NCBI GenBank assembly: GCA_951406725.2
Contig: OX597832.1
Location: 57,164,001-57,228,000 of the forward strand
Direction: 5' to 3'
DNA from: Octopus vulgaris
Taxonomy: Eukaryota
DNA: 64,000 nucleotides
Below, piece after piece: positions 37,247 to 51,129 of this stretch. A program made the translations under genes and the position numbers. How positions within the stretch are numbered: position 1 is the first letter of the stretch; each line of letters starts with the position of its first letter. The notes below the pieces were generated by a model. It did not search any database, was not told the DNA's origin, and saw nothing but the letters and a program-made list of their open reading frames with translations.

Positions 37247-37308
<62 letters not shown>

Positions 37309-37719
37309 CATATACATGACAGGCTTCTTTCAGTTTCCATCTACCAAATCCACTCACAAGGCTTTGGTCAGCCTGAGGCTGTAGTAGAAGACACTTGCCC
37401 AAGGTGACATGCTGTGGGACTGAACCCAGAGCCATGTGGTTGGGAAGCAAGCTTCTTACCACACAGCCACATGCGTTTATTTATATTTGTGATTCATGCA
37501 AGTTGCATGTGATGGCAGTTGTGGTGTCACTTTTCCTTCCAGCAAATTTCCTGCTCTCTTCATGGTATCAAAGACATGTGGAGTATGAGATACCTTACTT
37601 GAAAACCTGGTAAGAATTAGCAACAGGGTGAGCATCTGACTGTGTAATGATGCCTCAGTAATATAGTCATCTAACCCATGCCAGCATGGAAAAATGAATG
37701 TAAAACAAAATGAACGAAC

Positions 37720-37760
<41 letters not shown>

Positions 37761-38039
37761 CATATGTATTTGTGACCATGAGTGTGTATGTGTGTACATG
37801 AGCATGTATGTTTGTGCGTGTGTTAATGTGTGAGTGTGTGTGTTTGTAGTTGTGTGTATGTGCGTGTGTTTGTGAATGTATGTGTGTTTGTGTAGGTGTG
37901 GTGTGTGTTTGCATGTGTGGTATGTGCGTACACGTGTGTATGTGTGTTTGTGTGTGTGTGTGTTTGTGTGTGTGAGTGTGCATGTATGTTTATGTATGTG
38001 TGGTGTGTGTTTGTGTGGTGTATGTGTGTGTGTGTGTGT

Positions 38040-38096
<57 letters not shown>

Positions 38097-38193
38097 TGTG
38101 TGTGTGTGTGTGTGTTTGTGTGTCTGTGTTTGTGTGTCTGTGTTTGTGTGTATATCAAGGAATTAAGTTTTTTTTCCACATTTTATTTCACAG

Positions 38194-38441
38194 TGTTGTC
38201 TACAATGAAATGGCGTCTTGAAGTACACACAGGTACTCTGGATCATTCCAAGACAGACGGAAATGTATATTTCCAGTTAGTAGGAGACGTTCAAAGATCA
38301 CAAGAATTTAACTTAGATGGGCCTGGTAACGATTTTGAACAAGGGGCAGTTAATGTTTTTCAACTTCAAACTCCATATCTTGGACAACTGCGATCTGTGA
38401 AAGTATCCTATTGGTCTTCAGATGGTTGGTACTTGGTAAAG
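38194..38441 (+). CDS. PLAT-mucin protein exon 2: PLAT/LH2 domain, N-terminal part
   Basis: Acceptor TTTTATTTCACAG, donor AAG|GTTAGG; WRLEVHTGTLDHSKTDGNVYFQLVG...NDFEQGAVNVF...LGQLRSVKV...DGWYLVK fits the PLAT consensus (V.TG....GTD..V...L.G, FE.G, LG.L, W.L). Confidence 0.92.
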
Positions 38442-38938
38442 GTTAGGATTAATCTTTTTCATATTTTTATTCATCATTTTATTCCTTTATAGGTCCTGAC
38501 CTGTCGTTGCGGAGTTGTCTGCAGGTGGCAGGTCAATTAATTCTGGGGACCTGACAAAGAGAATTATAAGGAAATTATTTGCTGTAGGAATTTTTGTTGT
38601 AAAATTTTTATTGTAAAAATTTTTGTAAAGAATTTTTATTATAAAGAAACTTTGTATTCGAGGGGTTATTGGTCGGCAGGCACCAGTGCCCCTCCCATTT
38701 TCGTTCATCATTATCTTCCCCACCGCATTAATGTTTTTTGTCCAGCCTGCAGCTACTCATCTGTGTACTGCCCTAGTGGCAAATTTATTGAAATAAAGTA
38801 GCTTGTTTACCAACCACATGGTTCCGGGTTCAGTCCCACTGCGTGGCACCTTGGGCAAGTGTCTTCTACTATAGCCTTGGGCCGACCAAAGCCTTGTGAC
38901 TGAATTTGATAGACGGAAACTGAAAGAAGCCCGTTGTA

Positions 38939-38988
<50 letters not shown>

Positions 38989-40797
38989 TGTGTGTGTTTG
39001 TGTGTCTGTGTTTGTCCCCCTAGCATTGCTTGACAACTGATGCTGGTGTGTTTATGTCCCCGTTACTTAGCGGTTCAGCAAAAGAGACCGACAGAATAAG
39101 TACTGGGCTTACAAAAGAATAAGTCCCGGGGTCGAGTTGCTCGATTAAAGGCGGTGCTCCAGCATGGCCACAGTCAAATGACTGAAACAAGTAAAAGAGT
39201 AAAGAGTAAAGAGTATTCCATTACTTGTTTCACTCGTTTGACTGTGGCCATGCTGGAACACAACCTTAAGGAGTTTTAGCTGAAGAAATCAACCCCCCTC
39301 TCACTGGGACTTATTCTTTGTAAGCCTAGTACTTATGCTATCGGTCTCTTTTTGCCAAACTGCTAAGTTACGGGGACGTAAGTACACCAACATCAATTGT
39401 CAAGCGATGGTGGAGGGGACAAACAGAGACACAAAGAACACTCACATAAATACACACACACACACACACACACATATATGACAGGTTTCTTTCAATTTCC
39501 GTCTACCAAATCCACTCACAAGGCTTTGGTTGGCCCAAGGCTATAGTAGAAGACAGTGGCCCAAGGTGCCATGCCGTGGGACTGAACCCAGAACCATGTG
39601 ATTGGGAAGCAAGTGCCTGTTTTCTATTTTATTCATTTTACTTATTGGTTTTAGTGATGTTCTAAACTATTGGAATTCATCATCATCATCATTATCGTTT
39701 AACGTCCGTTTTCCATGCTGGCATGGGTTGGATGGTTCAACTGGGGTCTGGGAAGCCAGAAGGCTGCGCCAGGCCCAGTCTGATCTGGCAGTGTTTCTAC
39801 AGCTGGATGCCCTTCCTAATGCCAACCAGTCCATGAGTGTAGTGGGTGCTTTTTACGTGCCACCTGCACAGGTGCCAGATGAGGCTGGCAAACGGCCACG
39901 ATCGGATGGTGCTATTAGTGAAAAAAATCCAAAATTGGTTCTGTTGTTATTTGGCAAATTTTTGTCCATTGAAACTTGTATGGCAAAACTGAAGGTAACT
40001 GTAAATGTGGCACTCAGTCGGTTATGACAACGAGGGTTCCGGTTGATCCGATCAACAGAACAGCCTACCCGTGAAATTAACGTGTAAGTGGTTGAGCACT
40101 CCACAGTCACGTGTACCCTTAACATAGTTCTCAGGGAGATTCAGCATGACACAGAATGTGACAAGGTTGGCCCTTTGAAATACAGGTACAACAGAAACAG
40201 GAAGAAAGAGTGAGAGAAAGTTGTGGTGAAAGAATACAGCAGGATTCACCACCAGCCCCTGCTGGAGCCTTGTGGAGCTTTTAGGTGTTTTTGCTCAATA
40301 AACATTCACATTGTCCGGTCTTGGAATCAAAACTGTGATCCTACGACCGCAAATCCACTGCCCTAATCACTGGGCCATTCTAATCAAGACCATCTCTGAT
40401 TCTATTAAAAATTTCCAGTGGGTCATATGCAGGTTATGACCATTGACCAAGGCCTTTGGTGATATGTTGTACTTGAGGAGACATGTCAAGCCAAGCGAAA
40501 TTGTAGTCATGACCGATGCTGGTGTCACGTAACTGACACCTTACTGGTGGCACATAAAAAGCACCATTCATGTGCTGGGCCTCATGGAGGCAATGTGGCT
40601 AATACCAGTGTCATGCAACTGGCACCTGTGCCGGTGGCACATAAAAGCACCTGTTACACTCCTAGAATGGTTAAAATTAGGAAGGGCAGCCAGCTGTAGA
40701 ATCCATGCCAAATCAGACTGGAGCTTGGTGCAGTGCCTCAGCTTGCCAGCCTTGGTTAAAGCATCCAACCTATGCTAGCATGGACAACAGATGTTAA

Positions 40798-40845
<48 letters not shown>

Positions 40846-40868
40846 GTGATAACAATCCATTTCATCTA

Positions 40869-41362
40869 CCTTAAATCCTTGAGTATAATCCGCACTCTTT
40901 TTTCCAAAATTTAATGGTCAAAATATAGTGCGGACTATATACGAGGTTAAAAATGAAAAATATTTTCTAAGCAATGTCCGAGACTCTATTTGCTGTCCGG
41001 CAATGTTTATTCAGATGCATTTTGTGATGTCGGGTGAGAAAATACCTTAAGCTAAGCCTGAAAGCAATGAAGTCATAAAAGGATCATCCATAACTTGCAG
41101 TAAACAACATTTGTTAAGTGTTATTACTGTTATTTCTTTATTTTCTGCAAACAAAATGCACAAAAACGCTACACGTTTGCATTATGATATATATACAATA
41201 ATAATAAAGGACGTTACCGTATACATTTTTACAAACCAAGGACGTTATATAGACCTACTTGACTGAAGTTAGAGAAGGGGTACGTATTATACGCAAGGTT
41301 TAGGTTTTTCAGAGGTACAGCCCCCTAAAAATCCCCTGCATATTATACTCAAGGATTTACAG
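40869..41362. mobile_element. Tc1/pogo-type MITE
   Basis: TIRs CCTTAAATCCTTGAGTATAAT / ATTATACTCAAGGATTTACAG with TA TSD. Confidence 0.8.
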
Positions 41363-42692
41363 TATCTACAATTCTTGGAAAAGTCATAAGGACAGAGTCC
41401 TCAAGTATCCCCTTGAAAGGGTCCTATCAGAAGCAACCATCATTAGTAACCACCTGCACCTACAGATATTATCCAATAATCTTATTCTCGGTTTACTCCT
41501 AGGTTTCCCATTGGTTGGCTTTACTTGAAGAATCCGTCTTGCGATTCTTTGCTGCAAAATTCTTTGCTGCCTAAGTACCAATCTTGAGAAATTAGGCTCC
41601 TCAAAACCAGAATGGAGAAAACTGATTCAAAGACTACAGATCCAAGCCATCACTGGAACTGTAAAAATCTGTAAAACTTTCCAAAAGTTTATCATTTAAG
41701 TATATATGAGCATGCCTAGACATGCAACTATATGCATGAGAATACACACATAAAACAAAACATACAAATCTGCATACATACATACATACATACATACATA
41801 CATACATGCATACATACATACATACATACATACATACATACATACATACATACATACATACATACATACATACATACATACATACATACATACATGCTTG
41901 CATGCATACATACATACATATATACAAAATTTCTTTGTTAATGTTTTTCAAATTTCAATGAAGGAGCCTTGGATCTAGAATAGGAACCGGCTAAGACCTG
42001 TTGAGGCAAGTAAAATCAAAATCAAATCAAATTCGCAAATTTGATGACTGGCACCCATGCCAGTGGAGTGCTAACAGTTCCATCTGAGCATGATCACTGC
42101 CAGAGCAGCTGAGTGGCTTCTGTGCTGGTAGCATGTAAAAAGCACCATTCAAATGTGATTGTTAACAGCGTCACCTTACTGGCACTTGTGCCGGTGGCAC
42201 GTGAAAAACATTCAAGCAAAGTCATTGCCAGTGCCGCTGGACTGGCTCCTGTGCAGGTGGCATGTAAAAAACACCACTTGAGCATGGCTGTTGCCAGTAC
42301 CGCCTGACTGGCCCTCATGCCGGTGGCATGTAAAAGCATTCACTACACTCTCGGAGTGGTTGGCGTAAGGAAGGGCATCCAGCTGTAGAAACTCTGCCAG
42401 ATCAGATCGGAGTCAGGTGCAGCCGTTTGGTTCACCAGACCTCAGTCAAATCATCCAACCCATGCTAGCATGGAAAGTGGACGTTAAACAATGATAATGA
42501 TGATGATGATGATGATGATGAATGCATACATACATGCATACATACATATATACATACATACATGCATGCATACATACATACATACATACATACATACATA
42601 CCATTTTGTAAAATTAATAGATATATTTAATTTCACAAATACTATGCAGACGAAAGAGAAAGTGTTTTATTTGTGTCTGTCTTTCATTTTAG

Positions 42693-42780
42693 ATGATTCT
42701 TAAAAATCTGATTACAAACGGAACATGTACATTTGAGTATAATGATTGGTTTACTCATACCTTTTCTTGGAGTGCAATCA
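42693..42780 (+). CDS. PLAT-mucin protein exon 3: PLAT domain, C-terminal part
   Basis: Acceptor CTTTCATTTTAG, donor A|GTAAGT; MILKNLITNGTCTFEYNDWF completes the PLAT fold (F....W); phases 0 and 1 fit the neighbouring exons. Confidence 0.85.
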
Positions 42781-43989
42781 GTAAGTTTTTCATTATGTCC
42801 TAATGAGATTTCATCTATGAACCATTTTGCTATTGACCCATCTCTGCTTTTGTGATATTAAATCTACCTGCTTTTAATGCTTCATATTTAAATTCAAACA
42901 TTATATCAATGTTTTATTTAAGAACAATTTGTTATGTTTGAGTACCAGTTAAACTTTAAATCATCCAAATTATCAATATGCTGAAAAAATATTGACTGGA
43001 AATTTTAAAATCTTTATTGCATGTAAGAAAAACGAAAATATTAAATAAGCATTTTCTATGCACCTTCTTAATTACTCTTTGATCTAAAATACAAACTTCC
43101 AATCACACCTAAATTAATCTAGAAGTGAATGTGTCCCCTACGATAGCTGGCCATCAGGGCCCATCACATGTAAAGCCAGATGAAATGACAGAAAGAATTT
43201 TGCTCAACATGCTAATGGTGCTGCCCTCTGTTACTCTGTTACTCTTATACTTGTTTCAGTCATTTGACTGTGGCCATGCTGGAGCACCGCCTTTAGTCGA
43301 GCACATCGACCCCAGGGCTTATTCTATGTAAGCCTAGTACTTATTCTATCGATCTCTTTTGCTGAACCGCTAAGTTACGGGGACGTAAACACACCAGCAT
43401 CGGTTGTCAAGTGATGTTGGGGGGATAAACAGACACACAAACACACACAAGCATACACACACACATGCACACATATATATACATATATACGATGGGCTTC
43501 TTTCAATTTTCGCCTACCAAATCCACTCACAAGGCTTTGGTCAGCCTCGAGGCTATAGTAGAAGACACTTGCCCAAGGTGCCATGCAGTGGGACTGAACC
43601 TGGAACCATGTGGTCGGTAAGCAAGCTACTTACCACACAGCCACTTCTACGCCTGTTATTCATTATATTCACATCCAACCTTATCCATTCTCCATATTCT
43701 TGTAACATCCACCCAACCACTCAACCACTCTACACCACACACTTGGTTCATCTGTCCCCACTCACTTTTACTCACCTTGTATCATGAGGGTCCACCCAAA
43801 CACCCCATCACTACTATTTTTCCCTTGCACCTTACCCCCAACAAACCAAACTACATCTCTTCTCTTCCTCACATTTCCTCTTTTTCTTACCCTGCACTTA
43901 TGCTTATCACTTGCTCCCTAATCCTGTCCCCATTGCCCTGCACACTGTATCATTGCTACCCTGTGTCCCGCATCCCTCTATATACTTAT

Positions 43990-44730
43990 TGTCAGTCGAC
44001 AGCAATTTGCGTTGGACAAAACACATCGCTAAAATTGCCAAGAAGGCTGAGAGTGTCTTGGCATCACTGACCAAGTCCTTTGTGAGCCGCTCTCTGGCTA
44101 TCTATCTGTGGCTTTTTATATAGCTATGGTAAGACCTCACCTGGAATTTGCATCACCGGTCTGGAACCCCTATCTTGCCCAGGATATTAATCGTCTGGAA
44201 GCCGTTCAGCAATGTGCAGCCAAAAGAATACCCTCCATCAGGCATTTGCCATATTCTGAATGCCTTACTTCCCTGGGCATGGACACATTGAAACTCCGAC
44301 GTCTGGCAGCTCACTTGGCAGACACCCATAAAATTATTAACCATCTTACTAACAATAACTCTGAGCACCTTTTCAAAATTCACCCATCTAACACCCGTGG
44401 ACATATTTACAAAGTCAGAAAATAGCACAACTCTCATGACTTTCGGAAACATTTTTTCATGCTGAGAGTTGCTGAAGCATGGAACAAACAGCCGGCATCA
44501 GTTGTTAGTAGTCGGAGCACTGCATCCTTTAAAACTTCCATGCTTTCTGAGATTCGCCAACACTACACCTGATTTTCTCCCCTCCATACACACGGAGGCA
44601 TGTATCTGACTCATACATTGTTCACTTTCCTGACATTTGTACATTACTGCATATACTTTATACGCACTTTCTGACAAGTTGTGGTGCACCTGAGCACTAT
44701 ATACAATAATTTCATTATAATAATATTATT
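43990..44730 (+). mobile_element. CR1 LINE 3' part
   Basis: DSNLRWTKHIAKIAKKA...VRPHLEFASPVWNP...LKLRRL...NTRGH...FF..RVAEAWN, then a 3'UTR and (ATT)n tail. Confidence 0.9.
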
Positions 44731-46603
44731 ATATATTTCTTTGCTACCCACAAGGGGCTAAACATAGAGGGGACAAACAAGGACAGACAAAGAGATTAAG
44801 TCGATTACATCAACCCCAGTGCGTAACTGGTACTTAATATATCGACCCCGAAAGGATGAAAGGCAAAGTCGACCTCGGCGGAACTTGAACTCGGAACGTA
44901 TATTATACCCAGGTTTCACCAGTCACTGCATTCTCCACCCCAACACTCTTTGTGTTCCTTATGAAGTCTCTACTCCTTACACATGCAATAACCCTTAACG
45001 ATAACATACCATTTATATTTTGGCCCCATACCTTCAAGGTATGCCCTGACACTATGCCACCATCTCTCTCTCTCTCTCTTGTTCAACACAACCATCCCAT
45101 TTATATTCTGATCCCTGTTCCTTGTGAGTCTGCCCTGGTACTTTCCCACCATCTTTCTCCTGCTCTCTCTTGCACTCTCTCACACTCTCTCTCTCCCCCC
45201 TCTCTTACTCTCTTATGCTCTCTCCCTCTGACTTGGTAACTATGTATCTCCCCTACAGCACGACACCCATTTCTGTCCTCATTCTTGATCTCTCTCTCTT
45301 TCTCTCTCTCTCACTCTCCCTCACTCTCACTCTCTCTCTCTCTCACTATCGCTCTTGCATTCTCTCTCTCTGACTAGGTAACTAAGTATCTCCTTTACAG
45401 CACCACACCCGTTTCTGTCCTCATTCTTGATCTCTCTCTCTCTTGCACACTCTCTTTCGCACTCTCCCTCTCTCTCACACTCTCCCTCTCTCTCACACTC
45501 TCCCTCTCTCTCTCGTACTCTCACTCTCTCTCACATTCTCCCTCTCTCTCTCTCTTGCATTCTCTCTCTCTCTCTCGCACACTCTCTCTCTCGCATTCTC
45601 TTTCTCTCGCACTCTCTCTCTCTCACACTCTCTCTTGCACTCTCTTTCTTGCATTCTCCCTCCCTCTCACTCTCTATCTCTCGCACTCTCTCTCTTGCAC
45701 TCTCACACACACTCTCTCTCTCTCTTACACAAACTCTCTCTCTCTCTGACTAGGTAACCATGTCTCTCCTCTGCAGCAAGACAACTTCTGTCTCTCTGTC
45801 ACACTCTACACTTTCATCATCTGTTCACAAGATTATTTCCTCCAATATACCCCCTCCCCTCTCAAATATTCCCTGTCTTACAAGTTACCTGGTGACCCTG
45901 CCAGCTCTGGTCCCATGTAAAAAGCATCTAGTCCACACTGTGAAGTAGTTGGCATTTGGAACGGCATCCAGCTGTAAAAACCATGCCAAAACAGACCTCG
46001 CTAATGCTGGTGTCATATAAAAAGCACTTAGTCCATTCTACAGGGTGGTTGGCATTAGGAAGGGCATCCAACCATAAAAACCATTCCCAAACAGACAGTG
46101 AAGCCTGGTGAAGTCTTCTGCTCAGCCAGCTCCTGTCAAACTGTCCAACCCATGTCAGCAAGGTAAACAGATATTAAATGGAGATGTTGATGGTGATGAT
46201 GACGATGATGATGAATATATATATATACATTCATCATCATTATCATCGTCGTTGTCATCGTCATTGTCGTCGTTGTCGCCGCCGTCGTCGTCGCCGTCGT
46301 CACCGTCGTCGTCGTCATCATCATCATCTCCAGGCTCCAATCTGATCTGGCAATGTTTCTACAGCTAGGTGCCCTTCCTAATGTCAACCACTCCCAAGAG
46401 TGTAGTGGGTGCTTTTTACGTGCCACTGGAACAGGAGCCAGTCAGGTGGGCCTGGCATCAAATACATTTGGATGGTGCTTTTTATGTGCCACTGGCAAGG
46501 GAGCCAGCCAGGGGACACTGGTATTATTATATTATATTTCATAATTGTATTTCATAATTATATTTCATAAATTATATTTTCTAAATTATATTTTTCTATT
46601 TAG

Positions 46604-47544
46604 ATCTAGACTGTGCGTATGTCTTGAGATCCTCTAGTTCTTTACGTACGACCAGCAGAACAAGAGAAATGACCAGTTCTTTGAGATTAAAAACGGTACA
46701 ACCATCTCCCACCTATTTTTACCATACATCTACATCTAGAACTTTGATCGAGTCCTCGAAACAAAGATTAGAAGCTGCAAAAACGTCAACCAAACTACAT
46801 CCGTCATCATCATCCATGAATGAACATCAAACAGTGACTGCATCAGAAGACCCGAAAAGATCACTCGGAGACAACCCTGATATCTCCTTAACAACATCAC
46901 AAGCCATGCAAGTAACGTCATTGTCATCAATGAATGAACATCAATCAGTGACTGCATCAGAAAAATCGAAAAGATCACTCGCAGACATCCCTGTTATCTC
47001 CTTAACAACATCACAAGCCATGCAAGTAACGTCTGAACCTGAAATGTCTCAAACTTCAACACCTCCGCTTTTTACCACAGAAACTTCCAGCAACACATTA
47101 GATCCCGTTCAAGTGGAGCAAACAACAACAGGACTAGACCCGATACTTAGTTCTGCATATGTATTTTCAACAAATAGTATTTCAGAATCATTCTCCTATA
47201 CCCCTGTGTCTTCCACCCAAGAATTTGTTTCTAGTAGCAAACAATGTATTCCAGTACAGGTTATTGAGAACGGAACTCCCTCCAAGGAAAACAGCTCTTG
47301 TGTCTGTCGTGTGATGAATTCTTCCTCACTGTCAAAGGAAGCCAAGATTAAGCAATTAATTAAAGAACTGACCGTTGATCCGAAATCATTGTCTAAGTAT
47401 AAAAGGAAGAAAATAAGCGCTCCTGACCACAGGGTTTCAGCTCAGGCCATAGGATATGTTGGGGTGGTAACATTAGTTGCACCTTTTGCGTTGCTTGTTA
47501 TTCTTGATCTCATGACTTTCATGAAATATTACTTAGGAAACTAA
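46604..47544 (+). CDS. PLAT-mucin protein terminal exon: Ser/Thr-rich stalk, Cys motif, TM helix
   Basis: Acceptor TTTTTCTATTTAG (phase 1), in frame with ORF 46624-47544; C-terminal hydrophobic helix IGYVGVVTLVAPFALLVIL; ATTAAA at 47683-47688; total CDS 1329 nt = 442 aa. Confidence 0.9.
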
Positions 47545-47901
47545 GACCTATGATGTCCCTACAATATAAAAACCAAGAAATGAGCAAAGGTAGATAACTC
47601 AAAGTGGTCAGTGGCATGCATTTGTACAGCTAGGCAAATACATGTGTGACTAAATACTATACAATGTGTTAATTCCTGATTTATTAAAAATTATCTCCAC
47701 CTCTAGAGAACGCAACATAATTATCAACTGACAATTATCTCCCCTTCCACTTATGAAGGGGAGATGATCTCCAGAATCAAGACTTTTCTTTAAATTGACT
47801 TTCTATTAAAACAAAATTAAAACAAAAATTGTAAATAAGTAGACAGAAACTGAAAGAAGCCCTTTGCACACACACACACACACACATACTCATATATGTG
47901 T

Positions 47902-47987
<86 letters not shown>

Positions 47988-48404
47988 ATTTGTTTCCTGC
48001 CACCAGTTGACAACCGGTCTTAGTGTTTACATCCCTGTAACTTAGCAGTTCGGCAAAAGAGACTGATAGGATAAGTACCAGGTTTAAAAAAGAAAAGTCC
48101 TCGGTGTTGATTCATTTGATGATAAACACCTCAAGGTACTGCCCCAGCATGGTCACAGTCTGAAACAAGTAAAAAATAAAAGATAAAAGGAACAAACAAA
48201 ACAGACGAACAATAAATGGTTTAAAAAACTTCTTTTTTTTTTCAATGGAATGAGTTTGAAGAACAAAACAATTCCTTTGATATTTTTTTGTTTATGTGGT
48301 GGGAACTTAGCAAAAAGAAATTATCTGAATTCTCATGTGCATGTTCTTCAAGAAAACAAGTGTATCTTAAGATGAAGAAAAGAAAGAATCATTTGGAAAT
48401 ATTA

Positions 48405-48770
48405 TTACTTGTGCCTTAATAAGAGCGAAGGTATTGTTTTCAGTCACATTTGTTTGTTTATCTGTGGACAAGCTATCTCAAGAACCACTGGATGGATTCG
48501 AATGAAACTTTCAAGGATGTTTGGCCTCATGACTGGCACGAACTGATTAGATTTTGGGATCGATCTGGTACTGAACAAGAATTCTGGATTATTTTTCCTA
48601 TTTTTTTTACTTAATTTTTGAGTGGTTAGATTCAGTTTTAATATTCTCGTTTGTGAGAGCAGTTGAGTTTATTTCAAGTATTCTCATTTTAAAAATCATC
48701 TTTGGCTAATCATTGAGAGAACGTTAGTGTTGCCTTGGCAGTGATTTGTGCTCTCTGAGTGTTCTTGTTT
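48405..48770 (+). mobile_element. Helentron-associated (HINE/DINE-like) non-autonomous element
   Basis: TTACT.G.GCC...GAAGGTATTGTTTTCAG start, GGATGGATTCGAATGAAACTT core, and end GCCTTGGC...GCTCTCTGAGTG-TTCTTGTT. Confidence 0.55.
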
Positions 48771-49224
48771 TTATTAAATTAATCTTCATTCAAGAACATC
48801 TTTGATTTTTGATTTTAAACAAGGAAAGTGCACCCTGTATCTTTCATTTCTCATTTTGAAAATTGTTTTCCTATATATTATGTATATTAGTAATAACACA
48901 GATGGGCTAAAGTTCACTACAGCTGTTTCAGAAGTGTTTTTTATTTATTCTTTTATTCTTTTACTTGTTTCAGTCATTTGACTGTGGTCATGCTGTAGCA
49001 CTGCCTTTAGTCGAACAAATTGACCCCAGGACTTATTCTTTGCAAGCCTAGTACTTATTCTATCACTTTAAGTTACGGGTATGTAAACACACCAACATCA
49101 CTTGTCAAGCAATGATGGGGGGACAAACACAGACACACATATAAACATGGGGATAATTGAAATTCCTCCTTTTGTGTTACTATATATACACATACACACA
49201 CATGCATATATATATGTGTATACA

Positions 49225-49319
49225 TATATTTTTATTGATATTTTGCAGAAGTAACAGAGAATCAAACTCTTAGACTCTGAGTCACTCTGTTACTTCTGCT
49301 AAATATTAATAAAAATATA
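49225..49319. repeat. 35-bp inverted repeat (fold-back)
   Basis: 49225-49259 versus 49285-49319. Confidence 0.75.
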
Positions 49320-49456
49320 CATATACTCATATTTTAAGTTCTATTTTACCTCTTTACATCAACATACCTGTATATATATATATATCGTTGTACGGAATAA
49401 AGACTAATACCAAATCCATCTTCTGTTTCTTTAATCGATTATAATATATATATATA

Positions 49457-50228
49457 TCTATATATATAAAGCAGAGTTTGTGTGTGTGTGTGGGTATGTT
49501 CCTTATGCATTTGAAAACTTAGTTGCCGATTTTGACGTATGGGGTTTCAAAAGATTTAGTAATCTTTCGGCTACCAAATAAACTTTATTTTCATTTACAT
49601 ATCTGCATTACAAAAATATAACATTATAATCTTTTGATAAGTCAACTGTTGTAAACAACATTTTATACTGTGATGATGACGATGATGACATCACATCTAT
49701 ATCTATCTGTTAGCAGATGTCTGGGTATTTGTATGTCTGTGTGTAGTGCCAATGAGAGAGTGAGAGGGGAGAGAAAGAAACAGAGAAGCAAAGTGAGGAA
49801 GTGGCTCTTTACTTCTCCTCCTCCTCCATCTCCTCATTCATCACAATGTTTTTCGATAGAGGGAGAGATTCAAATAGAGTGTGTGAGTGAGTCAGAGAGA
49901 GAGAGAGAGAGAGAGAGAAAGAGTGAAAGAAAAAGGCATAGGCTAAAAGACAGAAGCTATTACAAAGGGTGAGAAAGAATGTGTGTGAGCGAGAGAAACA
50001 CAGAATGAGAAAAAGACAGAGAGAAGAGAGAAAGAAACAGAAAGAGAAAACAAGTTTCTATAGGAGAAGTTGAAAGGGAGAGGGATAGAAGGAGAGAGAG
50101 AGAGAGCTGCTAATGTTTGATACTGTGTATGTTCTATAGGTGAAGGTGAAAGAAAGCTAGCACAAAGAGAGGGGAAAAGCAGGAGAGAAAGAGACGCTGA
50201 TGTTTGATACTGTATGTATATGTGTGAA

Positions 50229-50278
<50 letters not shown>

Positions 50279-50915
50279 CGGTGTTCCACAATCATCATTT
50301 ATTTCAATCACCCTTGTGAAGATATTCTCATAACTTACACTCATTTTTTTCATCTAATCCCTATTTTCATTTTCAAAAACGTTTCCAAGGAAAAGGGGCA
50401 GATGTAGATGATCAGTATTCTACAGCGAAGTAAAGACGAGTACAGGCAGCCAGAGTAAGGTCACTAGAGACTCCTGCACAACGACAGCAAAGACATGAGA
50501 ATGACCAAAGGAGAGCTGCTATACGCAGGGCCAATGAGTCATAAGAAGCAAGGGGAAAATCGGTTAGAACAATTACATCAACAAAATGCAATCTTCAGGA
50601 GCCAAGAGTCACAAAAAAAAAAAAAAAAGAGCAAAACGTTTAAAGGATGCAAAACAAAGACAAGATTCCAGAGTTGCCAATGAGACGATAGGTCAGCAAG
50701 AGATGAGACAAAGGAAAAACCACAGGAGGAAACAGTTGCTGCAAGACTGTCAATCCTCAGAGGAAAGACATAAGCATCCTCATCAAGATAGGCTGAATAT
50801 GCTTGAGAAAAGAGTTGCATTTCGTAAAGGGATTTGGAAAAGATCAGCTTTCAGCTATGATCCAAAATATTGATTATTCTACAGAGAATTTGATTGATAT
50901 TGGAGCAATGTCAAA
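49457..50915 (+). mobile_element. Helitron 5' part with decayed Rep N-terminus
   Basis: A|TCTATATATATAAAG 5' terminus; frameshifted charged region followed by SAFSYDPK/IDYSTENLIDIGAMS, typical of invertebrate Helitron Rep just before the zinc finger; cut by a SINE at 50918. Confidence 0.75.
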
Positions 50916-51092
50916 TTATAGGCGTAGGAGTGGCTGTGTGGTAAGTAGCTTGCTTACCAACCACATGGTTCCAGGTTCAGTCCCACTGCGTGGCACCTTG
51001 GGCAAGTGTCTTCTACTATAGTCTCGGGCCGACCAAAGCCTTGTGAGTGGATTTGGTAGACGGAAACTGAAAGAAGCCTGTCGTATATATGC

Positions 51093-51129
<37 letters not shown>

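Noticed and set aside
37517-37613. Alternative signal-peptide exon (MAVVVSLFLPANFLLSS) for the PLAT gene
   Set aside because: Candidate donors are phase 2, incompatible with the phase-1 PLAT exon; the region overlaps a SINE remnant.
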